Assembly: GCA_905612265.1 (NCBI GenBank)
Contig: CAJQRI010000037.1
Coordinates: 26,268 to 90,267, forward strand
Direction: 5' to 3'
DNA: 64,000 bases
Origin: an uncultured Nitrospinota bacterium
GTDB lineage: Bacteria > Nitrospinota > Nitrospinia > Nitrospinales > VA-1
The position numbers and the translations under genes are program-made. A model generated the notes under the pieces. It was not told where the DNA came from, ran no database searches, and was given only the letters and a program-made list of their open reading frames with translations. This document shows positions 8,894-17,747 of this stretch, piece by piece; position 1 is the first letter of the stretch; each line of letters starts with the position of its first letter.

Positions 8894-10111
8894 TTAATTT
8901 TTACCCGCGTCGATAGCATTGTTAAAAAAAGAAAAAAGGTTCTCCAGCCGCGCTAAAAGCTCTTTTTCTTCCAGCCGGTGAATCCGGAAAGATACTGCTC
9001 CGGCATGACCCCCTCCACCCATATAAAGATCGCCGAATAATTCTTTGATTTTGTCTTCGCCATTGCGTAGATCCACGCCGGAAAAATCTACAGCCCTTCG
9101 AATTTTTATAAAAATACAATCTTGTGCCTCGGCATTTTTACCTTCAAAAATAATCACTCCAGCATGTCCAGATTGTTCCGGAACCGAGTTTAGAAGTAAA
9201 CCCAAGATATCGACAAACCAGTCTGACTTAAACGACTGGCAGGTTTCATTTACTGCCTGATAAGTTGACGGGAGGAGACTTAAAAACCCCATAGCTCCTT
9301 TACTCTCAATACGGGTGTTTAATAAATTTAAGCAGCTTTCCTGATCTTCTGTCAGTTTGTTCAGGTAATTGAGAACTTGTGTGGCATCACCAAACTTTGA
9401 AGTTCGACAATCCTCTGTTCTTTTTTTATCAGACTCTCTCCAGCGTGTAATATTTTTCAAATGGTCTCCGAGTTTTTTCATCCAGTGGTCGTAGTCTTCT
9501 TTGTAACGGATTACTTTACCTCCCACGGTGTCACACAGTATTCCTGTTATCAATCCCAGAATAATATTACGCTGGCTGAACGGGTGGGGTCTTTCCTGGT
9601 TTTGATCGTAAATCTTTTCGAGAACGTTCCCAATGATTTCGGTGTTGGCATTGGCATTGCGAAACAGATTGATACCAAAACTGGTTAACTCTTCGCTGTC
9701 TGCTCCGAAGTGATGGTCAATTTCTATGACCTTGGGTTTTCTCGATAATATGCATTTTTCGATATAGGGATAAAAAGGGACCAGCTTAGTGTTGGCGGTA
9801 TCACAAAAAATAACAGTTTCAATTTCATCCTTAACGGTATCAATATCCTCCTGAGTTCTGAGAATACGGATGGAGTTGTAGTGGATGATTTTTTCAAAAA
9901 AACTCAGGTTAGCTTTAAGAGGTTCAGGAATGATCAGAAAAACTTTTTTGTCCAACTGATTTAAATAAAGAGAAAGGGCTAGCATCGACCCCACTGAATC
10001 GGGATCGATATCTCCGCTGAACAAAAAACTATTACTGGAATTAATCAAGTCGACAGCTTCGCTCAGGTTGGTATCCCAAGTCGATCCGTCTACGGGCTTT
10101 TTTTCTTTCAT
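8894..10111 (-). CDS. DHH/DHHA1 family phosphoesterase (NrnA-like)
   Basis: 405-aa ORF with DHH-family motifs in order: DIDPDSVGS, FCDTAN, IDHHFG, and the C-terminal GGGGHAGA (DHHA1 GGGH motif). Confidence 0.8.
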   Translation of the reverse strand: MKEKKPVDGSTWDTNLSEAVDLINSSNSFLFSGDIDPDSVGSMLALSLYLNQLDKKVFLIIPEPLKANLSFFEKIIHYNSIRILRTQEDIDTVKDEIETVIFCDTANTKLVPFYPYIEKCILSRKPKVIEIDHHFGADSEELTSFGINLFRNANANTEIIGNVLEKIYDQNQERPHPFSQRNIILGLITGILCDTVGGKVIRYKEDYDHWMKKLGDHLKNITRWRESDKKRTEDCRTSKFGDATQVLNYLNKLTEDQESCLNLLNTRIESKGAMGFLSLLPSTYQAVNETCQSFKSDWFVDILGLLLNSVPEQSGHAGVIIFEGKNAEAQDCIFIKIRRAVDFSGVDLRNGEDKIKELFGDLYMGGGGHAGAVSFRIHRLEEKELLARLENLFSFFNNAIDAGKN

Positions 10112-10277
10112 TAGACTTTTAAACTAAGGTTGTCTTTTAAAGGTTGAGGGGATTTTATAAAGAATTTTACGGGGACTAGGCAAATAAATTTAATGATTTC
10201 AATGTAGATGAGAGGATTTTTTTCACGGGGGGATACCTGACAATTACCAAATATTTTATGAGTTTTGGGGTAAAGGC

Positions 10278-10694
10278 CTAGCTAAACCCAGGGTCATCAT
10301 CAAATACTTCATTGTAATCTTCTTTGGCTTCATGGTCCGATGCGGGACGGCACCAATCGAAATTAGGGTCGTCATCAGCATCGTCCAAGGCCTCTTTTTC
10401 CGCTTTACTAACCTCATCGGTGAAGTCTTTCATGCCTAGTTCTGTGAATTCATGACCCCCACATTGGCACTCCGACTCGCCATTTACAAAATCGGTCTCT
10501 TTTTTAAGTAATAAAGCTCTTTGACATGAATTGCATACATGACCTTGATGTGTGTCGACTAAATTGTAGGCCATCATGTTTTCCCGGCACTGATTGCATA
10601 TTGCGGGCATACCGGGGCTGTATTCATAAATCAGGTTTTCAAGCCCACAACCTCCGCATTCCATCAGCAGGTCGAATGGAGTTTTCAACTTCAT
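10278..10694 (-). CDS. Cys-rich zinc-ribbon-like protein with acidic tail
   Basis: 138 aa with paired Cys knuckles (CGGC, CNQC, CNSC, CQCGGH) and a strongly acidic C-terminus. It starts 6 nt after the preceding ORF on the same strand, so the two are a likely operon. Confidence 0.55.
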   Translation of the reverse strand: MKLKTPFDLLMECGGCGLENLIYEYSPGMPAICNQCRENMMAYNLVDTHQGHVCNSCQRALLLKKETDFVNGESECQCGGHEFTELGMKDFTDEVSKAEKEALDDADDDPNFDWCRPASDHEAKEDYNEVFDDDPGFS

Positions 10695-10700
10695 GTCAGG

Positions 10701-11087
10701 TTATTTGTTTGAGTCATCCGGAAATATTTTTGACATATCCCCCATTTTTCCCATAGCTTCTTCTTTAGACATTTTAGTTATATCAATGCCCATATCTGCT
10801 AAAGCACCAGAGAAGGGACATTTGCTGGCCCCACTCTTAGGTTCTTCGCCTTCGACAGCCGGTGCAGGTTTCTCAGTTTCAATTTCGCCTGCTTCTGCCA
10901 TGATGACCCAATGCATGGATTCAATTGTCTGTGCTTTTTCGGCAGTAATTTTTTCAAGGGATTCTTTTGTCTCAGCATGTTTCACCATAGCGGTAGCTTC
11001 CTTGTATTTTTCCAAGGCTTTTTTCTCAAATTCAACGGCTTCTCTCAACGCCGCAGCAGAATTAGACATTGTTGGGTCTCCTGACAA
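10701..11087 (-). CDS. Hypothetical helical Lys/Glu-rich protein
   Basis: 128-aa ORF. The true start is possibly the second Met (MSNSAAAL...). It contains an E...ExxH-like pair (EFEKKALEKY ... IESMH) faintly reminiscent of half a ferritin-like site. No confident family. Confidence 0.5.
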   Translation of the reverse strand: MSGDPTMSNSAAALREAVEFEKKALEKYKEATAMVKHAETKESLEKITAEKAQTIESMHWVIMAEAGEIETEKPAPAVEGEEPKSGASKCPFSGALADMGIDITKMSKEEAMGKMGDMSKIFPDDSNK

Positions 11088-11227
11088 AATTAAAAGGCTT
11101 ATTAATATATATTAATGGAACATCAAAAATATACCAAATCCTTTCGTCAAATAGCAATAACCTTATCTGTTAAATTGCAAATCTGCATCATATTGCGAGT
11201 AAAGGAGAAACCTGACATAATGCTCAC

Positions 11228-12652
11228 ATGAAAAAAATTGTTATTATAGGAGGCGGAATCGCCGGGTTGGCGGCGGCATACCGTATCCAGAAAGAGATAT
11301 CAGAAGGCGCCTCGCTAGAATGTGTCCTACTTGAGGGTGGAGATCGTTTTGGGGGGAAAATCGCCACAGAAAGGTCTGATGGGTTCCTCATCGAGAGGGG
11401 GCCGGATTCCTTTATCTCACAAAAACCGGCGGCCATTCAATTATGCCAACAATTGGGCCTTGGAGACCATCTTGTATCAACCAATCCAGGAACTCCCAAG
11501 ACCTACGTGTATACCGGAGGCAAGCTGGTGACGATGCCTGATGGGTTGAGCCTTATGATTCCCACAAAGTTTTTGCCGTTTGCTTTTACGCCTCTGTTCA
11601 GCCTGTCGGGGAAAATCCGCATGGCGTTCGATCTTTTGATCCCTAGAAAAGCCGATGAAAGCGATGAAAGCCTGGCCTCATTTGTTCGCCGACGGATGGG
11701 GGAGGAAGCGTTGAGGAAAATGGCGGAGCCCATGCTGGCTGGCATTTATGCCAGTGACCCTGAGACCATGAGTATTCGCAGTACCTTCCCCATGTTTGTT
11801 GAAATAGAACGTAAATACCGATCGTTGATTTTAGGAATGCTGGCTCGAAAAAAAGCCATGTTCCTGAACGCCAGTAAACACCCTAAAAGTAATTTCAGTT
11901 TGTTCATGACCTTGAAAGATGGCTTGGGAGAAATGGTCGAAGCGGCGATTAAAAAATCTCCCGATATCAAATTTCAGTCCGGGGCGAAGGTGGAGTCCAT
12001 TACCGGGAAAGAGGGTGATTGGTCTATACGGGTAGAAGGAGGTGGAGACCAGAAGGCCGATGTGTTAATACTGGCCACGCCGGGTCATATCACAGCCCGG
12101 ATTCTGGAGTCGGTCACGCCCAAAGCTGCTGAACTTTTAAAGCAGATCAAATATGTTTCCACTGCCACGGTGACGATTGCTTATAAAAAAGAAGGGTTTT
12201 CCCACGCTCTGGATGGATTTGGGTTTGTGGTGCCTAAATGCGAAGGCCGTAGCATACTCGCTTGCACCTGGACCTCATCAAAATTTCCGCACCGGGCCCC
12301 TGATGGGCATGTCATGCTGCGCTGTTATCTGGGAGGAGCTCTGCAGGAAGGCATCGCTGAAAAAGATGAAGAAACCATGACCAACCTTGTCAAACAAGAT
12401 CTGAAGGAAATAATGGGAATCACAGAAGAACCGGTATTCTGCAAAGTTTTTTACAACCGAAAATCCAATGTACAATACGAGGTTAACCATTCTCAGCGTA
12501 TTGACACCATCATGCAGGAACTGCAAAAGGGACTTTTTCTAGCAGGTAGTGCTTATCGTGGGGTTGGGATACCCGATTGCATTCAGGGTGGAACTAAGTC
12601 TGCCGAGTCGGCGATTGAACTACTGCTGGGAAAATCCAAAGCGGGAGTTTAG
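11228..12652 (+). CDS. hemY: HemY-type FAD-dependent protoporphyrinogen/coproporphyrinogen oxidase
   Basis: 474 aa with an N-terminal dinucleotide fold KIVIIGGGIAGLAAAY...LLEGGDRFGGKI. Length and C-terminal GSAYRGVGIPDCI are typical of the HemY family. Confidence 0.85.
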   Translation: MKKIVIIGGGIAGLAAAYRIQKEISEGASLECVLLEGGDRFGGKIATERSDGFLIERGPDSFISQKPAAIQLCQQLGLGDHLVSTNPGTPKTYVYTGGKLVTMPDGLSLMIPTKFLPFAFTPLFSLSGKIRMAFDLLIPRKADESDESLASFVRRRMGEEALRKMAEPMLAGIYASDPETMSIRSTFPMFVEIERKYRSLILGMLARKKAMFLNASKHPKSNFSLFMTLKDGLGEMVEAAIKKSPDIKFQSGAKVESITGKEGDWSIRVEGGGDQKADVLILATPGHITARILESVTPKAAELLKQIKYVSTATVTIAYKKEGFSHALDGFGFVVPKCEGRSILACTWTSSKFPHRAPDGHVMLRCYLGGALQEGIAEKDEETMTNLVKQDLKEIMGITEEPVFCKVFYNRKSNVQYEVNHSQRIDTIMQELQKGLFLAGSAYRGVGIPDCIQGGTKSAESAIELLLGKSKAGV

Positions 12653-12690
12653 CATCTAACATCCAAAACTAATAAAAAAGGAGTTCTTCA

Positions 12691-13893
12691 ATGAAGTGGG
12701 TTTCCGCGCTCTCCCGAAAAACCGATATTGACAGTGCTATTCAAGAAGCGGCGGAATCCGCCATCCAGCAACTTGGTAAAGATCAGGCCGACTTGACCGT
12801 TGTGTTTGTTTCTCCCCAGTTTAAGGAATTCTATGACAAGGTTCCCGAATTGGTCAGCCGCTATCTCAAACCTGGCTTGCTCTTTGGCTGTTCAGGAGGC
12901 GGAATCATCGGTAATGGCGAAGAGGCTGAGCAGCAGGCGGCGGTCAGCATCACGTGTGCTGAACTGCCTGGTGTTAAAATCCAGACGATCCAATCCGACA
13001 CCACCGAGTTGCCGGATCAAGATACCTCCCCTTCCGTTTGGCGTGAATGGTTGAAGGTGAACGTGGAGGACAATCCACATTTTGTTTTTCTGGCAGACCC
13101 TTTTTCATTCCAAGGTGAAGAATTTCTGGCAGGAGTTGATTTTGCCTACCCCAACAGTAAAAAAGTTGGCGGCCTCGCCAGTGGTGCTCAGGCACAAGGT
13201 GGAAATGCAATGTATCTTGGGGATAAAATTTATAATAGTGGGCTGATAGGCATCGCGTTGAGTGGTGATATCGAGGTCGATACTATCGTAGCTCAAGGGT
13301 GTCGCCCCATTGGAGAACCCATGCAAATCACCCAATGCGAGCACAACCTGCTGAAAGAATTAGGAGGAAAGCCGCCACTGGAAGTGCTTCAGGAACTGAA
13401 TGGAACTTTATCAGATGAAGATAAAAAGCTGATCCAGAGTTCGCTATTTTTGGGAATAGAAATGGACCCCATGAAAGACAATCCACAGCAAGGAGATTTT
13501 CTCATTCGCAATTTAATGGGGGTAGATCGGGAAAGTGGAGCCGTGGCTATCGGAGCGCTGTTAAGAAATGGTCAGCTGGTACAGTTTCATCTGCGCGATA
13601 AAAAGATGTCGGCAGAAGATCTGGATGTGATGTTGACCCGCTACCTAAATCAGGGTAACGCCGAAAATGCCAAGGGTGCTCTGTTGTTTTCCTGTCTGGG
13701 CCGTGGTGAATACCTATATGGAAAACCCAATCACGACACAGATATGTTTCAAGGGAAACTGGGGAAAATTCCTCTGGGAGGATTTTTCTGCAACGGAGAG
13801 ATCGGGCCAGTGGGTAAGACTACTTTTCTACACGGTTACACCAGCTCGTTCGGCATTTTCCGGTCCGCTAGGCGTGGGGCCGATGCAAAATGA
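12691..13893 (+). CDS. FIST domain (FIST_N + FIST_C) sensory protein
   Basis: 400 aa. FIST_N-like DLTVVFVSPQF...LFGCSGGGIIG. FIST_C-like AQGCRPIGEPM...LGGKPPLEVL and GALLFSCLGRGEYLYG...GGFFCNGEIGPVG. Confidence 0.7.
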   Translation: MKWVSALSRKTDIDSAIQEAAESAIQQLGKDQADLTVVFVSPQFKEFYDKVPELVSRYLKPGLLFGCSGGGIIGNGEEAEQQAAVSITCAELPGVKIQTIQSDTTELPDQDTSPSVWREWLKVNVEDNPHFVFLADPFSFQGEEFLAGVDFAYPNSKKVGGLASGAQAQGGNAMYLGDKIYNSGLIGIALSGDIEVDTIVAQGCRPIGEPMQITQCEHNLLKELGGKPPLEVLQELNGTLSDEDKKLIQSSLFLGIEMDPMKDNPQQGDFLIRNLMGVDRESGAVAIGALLRNGQLVQFHLRDKKMSAEDLDVMLTRYLNQGNAENAKGALLFSCLGRGEYLYGKPNHDTDMFQGKLGKIPLGGFFCNGEIGPVGKTTFLHGYTSSFGIFRSARRGADAK

Positions 13894-13965
13894 CTCGTTG
13901 TGTTGGTTGAATTGCAAAATGTGATTTGAAAAAAATACCATTCTTCTTCAAACCAATAAAAAACC

Positions 13966-14100
13966 AAATCCCCCCAATCCCTGCGGCATGTAACATTATC
14001 CCTCATGACCGGAACTGGTACTTCTTAGAATGGGGAGCTTTAATGGACCTCTCTCCACCGAAGAGGGGCTGAGGGGTATAGCCCCTCATGCAGTTCCGGG
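13966..14100. repeat. REP-like composite palindromic intergenic element (copy A)
   Basis: AAATCCCCCCAAT... then GGGGAGCTTTAATGGACC, a hairpin, then GGGCTGAGGGG. The whole is enclosed by CCGGAACTG / CAGTTCCGG. It shares modules with the copies at 40218-40259 and 54882-54952. Confidence 0.65.
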
Positions 14101-14151
14101 CTAGGAAAAATTGCTGCCTCAACGTCAAGTGGCGGCTAACAGGGTGAACAT

Positions 14152-14904
14152 ATGAAGGTCACAATACTGGGTTCTGGTACTGCGGTGCCATCTTTGGATC
14201 GTAATTCTTCTGGCGTACTCATTCAGGAAGAGGGCACAAACACCCTGATTGATTTCGGCTATGGAACCCTGAAACAACTTTTGCATCTGGGAATCACCTA
14301 CCACGATATCGACCGGATTTTTTTCACTCATAATCACCCGGACCATATGTGTGATTTGATTCCCTTTTTATTTGGTGCCCGTTATCGTCCCTCTGCAAGA
14401 AAAAAAGACCTGGAAATTGTTGCTGGGCCAGGCTTTCAAGAGTTCTTCGATAAACTTATGTCTGTGTTTGGGAGTTGGCTTGTTCCTACCGAATGCAATG
14501 TCTGCATCACGGAAATAGATGAAGGGTTGAAAAAGTTTGGCCTTCATCAAGTGACTTTCAAAAAAACCCGGCATATCGAGATTAGCCGGGGTTACCGATT
14601 TGAGAATTCTGCGGGAAAGTCGGTGGTGTTATCTGGAGACACAGACTATTGTCAGGGGATGATCGAGTTGGGCCGAGAGGCAGACCTTATGATTCTGGAA
14701 TGTGCCATGCCGGATGAAGAAAAAATAGCCGGGCACTTGGTTCCTTCTCTGGCTGGCAAGTTGGCGCAAGAAACTGACTGTAAAACGCTTTGCCTCACCC
14801 ATTTTTATCCACCCTGTGATTTTGATGTCATGCGCAAAACTGTATCAGCTCTTTACAATGGTGAATTAGTTCTGGCACGTGACCTAATGCAGTTTGATCT
14901 CTAA
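14152..14904 (+). CDS. MBL-fold metallo-hydrolase (RNase Z-like)
   Basis: 250 aa, MKVTILGSGTAVPS... with the HxHxDH motif as FTHNHPDHMCDL and a later GDTDY. Confidence 0.8.
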   Translation: MKVTILGSGTAVPSLDRNSSGVLIQEEGTNTLIDFGYGTLKQLLHLGITYHDIDRIFFTHNHPDHMCDLIPFLFGARYRPSARKKDLEIVAGPGFQEFFDKLMSVFGSWLVPTECNVCITEIDEGLKKFGLHQVTFKKTRHIEISRGYRFENSAGKSVVLSGDTDYCQGMIELGREADLMILECAMPDEEKIAGHLVPSLAGKLAQETDCKTLCLTHFYPPCDFDVMRKTVSALYNGELVLARDLMQFDL

Positions 14905-14912
14905 CAGGGTTC

Positions 14913-15053
14913 TTATTTTTTGCCCTCTCTTTTGTCTTCGATAAAATCCACCACAAACATAAATACCCGCAGAACTCCGATGGTTGCGAATATGCCTAAT
15001 AACAATTGCAATAAGGGTGGCAGGGCCGTGACAAAGTTTGTGATACTTTCCAT
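14913..15053 (-). CDS. Possible 46-aa single-pass membrane peptide (not in the ORF track)
   Basis: Own translation gives MESITNFVTALPPLLQLLLGIFATIGVLRVFMFVVDFIEDKREGKK. It has one clear hydrophobic helix and a charged tail, in an otherwise unassigned 440-bp gap. No convincing SD, so the call is weak. Confidence 0.25.
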   Translation of the reverse strand: MESITNFVTALPPLLQLLLGIFATIGVLRVFMFVVDFIEDKREGKK

Positions 15054-15343
15054 GAGTTTTGTTGTGTCCAAAGAATACCCCGCAAGTTTTGAATGAGTTT
15101 CTGATCAAAGTATATTAGCGGCGCAGAATACCATCTGCTAATCCTGAAGGCGAATGAGAAAGGACTACTTAAAGTGGAGAGTGTCGTTGTTGGCAGTGAA
15201 AAGCTATTACATTTAAATTCGGAGATAGTGGAACTCATTGAAAACATATAGCTCCCCATAAATAAACAGTTAGGTGTTCATTCCACTTTTTTTCTCCGGT
15301 ATAATCCAAGGGTAATCACTCAATCGCAAAAAAGGATGAGTAC

Positions 15344-15847
15344 ATGCCAGCTAATTTGAATTTTATTTCAGCAATCTTCCTTGTGTTTTTTCTTAATGTC
15401 ACTCTAGTTGGAGCGGCAGGTACTGTCGATAACAATAATGGAAGTGTGACAGATTCTGCTACCGATTTAGTTTGGCAGAAAGGCGACTCTTTTCATGAAT
15501 TGAAAAAGGGACTTAATTGGTATGAGGCCTTGGAATACATTGCTATAAAAAACTCGGAAAATTTTGCCGGACACGATGATTGGCGTTTGCCCACCTTAAA
15601 GGAATTGAACAGTTTATGGATATCTTCGGGAAAGATTAAAAGCAAGGACTCAGAAACCCTTGGACTTCCCTCTGGGTTTGCAAGTGGCGGGAGTTATTAT
15701 TTATGGAGTGGGGACGAGCGCGGACTGGATAATGCGTGGTACTTTGGCCTTGGGAAAAAAGAAAACTATTTTAACCTTAAAGACCTTGCTGACATGGAGC
15801 AAGGGGTAAAAATGGTACATATCACTAGGTCGGTCCAGTACCCGTAA
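15344..15847 (+). CDS. Secreted DUF1566 (Lcl C-terminal, C-type-lectin-like) domain protein
   Basis: 167 aa with a signal peptide (ISAIFLVFFLNVTLVGAAG). The DUF1566 signature is TDLVWQKGD...NWYEALEY...DDWRLPTLKELNSLW. Confidence 0.75.
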   Translation: MPANLNFISAIFLVFFLNVTLVGAAGTVDNNNGSVTDSATDLVWQKGDSFHELKKGLNWYEALEYIAIKNSENFAGHDDWRLPTLKELNSLWISSGKIKSKDSETLGLPSGFASGGSYYLWSGDERGLDNAWYFGLGKKENYFNLKDLADMEQGVKMVHITRSVQYP

Positions 15848-16064
15848 TACTTTTTCTTAGATTTGGTCCCTCAGGGGTAAATAGGTTTGTTTAGTTAGGT
15901 GAGTACAGTCTCGAATTTAGGGGGCTATTGAAGTCGGAGTTAAGTGCTTTGGCAGGGGGCGGCAATTAGGCAAAGGTGTATCCAGCTGAGATACACCTGT
16001 TGTTCGCCAGATAGAGATTGGCAAGGGCCACCAACGGCGGCGCGCCGGTAGGGAGTTAGTTGAT

Positions 16065-17747
16065 ATGAAACAAAAGATTATTCAATCAGGATTAGTGTTG
16101 CTGGTGTTTGTGGGTTTGTTCGTTTCTTTAGCAATAGCGCAAGAACATAAACTGGATCATAGCCCGATGGAACACTCTGTTCCTGGAGAGGAGTATCGGA
16201 TTGATGAACCTATGGACCATGGCGATCATGGTTCCATGCAGCACAGTGAAGGTTTGTTCCGAGCCAAAGGAGTTCATGATCAGCCTGAATTCTCCAAGCC
16301 TAAGGATATGGACAGTCTTCAGGCCCGTGGTCGCAACATTTATTTGCACATGTGTGTGTTCTGTCATGGGGAAGACGGAAACGGCGGTGGCCAGGCGGTT
16401 CAATATTTATATCCTTGGCCAAGAGATTTTAGGGAAGGAATTTTTAAATTCCGCTCTACTCCAACCGGCACTCTTCCTCGCGATGAGGATTTATACAGGA
16501 CTATAATAAATGGTATTCCCGGCACCTCCATGCCAGCCTGGGGAGACGCGTTGAGTCCCGAAGACACGTGGGCTTTGATCAACCATATTAAGAATTTTTC
16601 TCCGCGATTTAAAAAGGAACCGCAGGGTGAAAAAATTAAGGTAGGCAAGGTTCTTTCTTCTACGCCTGCATTGGTGACTCGGGGAAAGGAACTTTTTAAG
16701 GAGTTGAAATGTTTCCGTTGTCACGGTGAATCTTTAAAGGGGGATGGCGAGTTGGCCGAATCACTCATGGACGCATGGAAGCATGCTGTTTTTGTGCAGG
16801 ACATCACCAACCCAAATTATTTTAAAAGTGGACACAAACCGGGAGATCTTTTCAGAACCATTACTTCTGGACTAGATGGAACGCCTATGGGTTCCTATAT
16901 CCATATTCCCGAAGAAGACCGTTGGGCATTGGTGCACTATATTCGCTCAAAATTTATGAAAGAAGTTAAAGAAGCAGAGTTTGAAACGGATCTTTACTCA
17001 CTGCCTGTGGGGGCTGAACTGAACACCGATCCTTATAGCCCTGTTTGGGATGGGGTTGCCACGACAAACCTAGTGTTGCGTCCGCTATCAGCAAGGAGAG
17101 ACGCGGTGGGATTTATCAACGTGGCTTCGGTGAATAATGGCGAACAGTTGGCAGTCCGCCTGCAGTGGGAGGATCCGACTCATGACGCATTTTCCGAGTT
17201 GCATTCAGATATATTTCGTGATGGGGTGGCGGTGCAATTTGCGCTGGGGGCGGTGACCCTTCACACCCACGGACATAATGAACCATTTTTTGGTATGGGT
17301 AATCGAAACAAACCGGTAAATCTCTGGCATTGGAAAGCTGGTCTGGGCGAAACGCTTGAAGCCGAGGACGATCTTGAATATGCTGGTGGCGGGGTTGATA
17401 TGGACGCGCTGATATACGGAGGTATTATGTCAAACCCGGTTTCTAAATTAAACGCCACTGGTGATAACCCGGTTGAAGAACTGAATGCTGAAGGATTTGG
17501 CACGGTCACACCACAACCTCTTGAAAATCAGAATGTAGAGGGTTCGGGTGAATGGAAAGATGGAGTATGGACAGTAGTTTTTCTCCGAGACATGCCTAAA
17601 ACTGGTAAGTGGGATGTGGACTTTGCTGAACGCATTGACCCGGCTCTGATGGCCTTCGCCGTTTGGGATGGGGTGAAGGAGGATCGAAACGGGCGCAAGG
17701 TAATCAGTGTTTGGCAGCGTTTCAATATCAAGAAGCCAAAGCCTTGA
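16065..17747 (+). CDS. Periplasmic di-haem cytochrome c fused to an EB_dh/DOMON-like haem-binding domain
   Basis: 560 aa. It has a signal peptide followed by a His/Met-rich stretch (HKLDHSPMEHSV...MDHGDHGSMQHSE). Two CxxCH motifs are present (CVFCHGE, CFRCHGE), each followed by ...GTSMP / GTPMG. The C-terminal roughly 250 aa resemble the cytochrome c-552/ethylbenzene-dehydrogenase gamma-type domain (LQWEDPT...AVQFA...WHWKA...). Confidence 0.75.
   Translation: MKQKIIQSGLVLLVFVGLFVSLAIAQEHKLDHSPMEHSVPGEEYRIDEPMDHGDHGSMQHSEGLFRAKGVHDQPEFSKPKDMDSLQARGRNIYLHMCVFCHGEDGNGGGQAVQYLYPWPRDFREGIFKFRSTPTGTLPRDEDLYRTIINGIPGTSMPAWGDALSPEDTWALINHIKNFSPRFKKEPQGEKIKVGKVLSSTPALVTRGKELFKELKCFRCHGESLKGDGELAESLMDAWKHAVFVQDITNPNYFKSGHKPGDLFRTITSGLDGTPMGSYIHIPEEDRWALVHYIRSKFMKEVKEAEFETDLYSLPVGAELNTDPYSPVWDGVATTNLVLRPLSARRDAVGFINVASVNNGEQLAVRLQWEDPTHDAFSELHSDIFRDGVAVQFALGAVTLHTHGHNEPFFGMGNRNKPVNLWHWKAGLGETLEAEDDLEYAGGGVDMDALIYGGIMSNPVSKLNATGDNPVEELNAEGFGTVTPQPLENQNVEGSGEWKDGVWTVVFLRDMPKTGKWDVDFAERIDPALMAFAVWDGVKEDRNGRKVISVWQRFNIKKPKP

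Noticed and set aside
15344-15847. DUF1566 (and the FGE-like protein at 48157-49131) as possible diversity-generating retroelement targets, because both folds are common DGR variable proteins
   Set aside because: There is no reverse transcriptase gene in the window. I noticed no template/variable repeat pair with adenine-specific differences.
17663-17743. ATG 17663 as the start of the HExxH protein, giving an 85-nt overlap with the cytochrome gene
   Set aside because: The extra 27 residues (MGWGEGGSKRAQGNQ...) precede an otherwise perfect signal peptide, which begins at the TTG that overlaps the upstream stop. The shorter model is more plausible.
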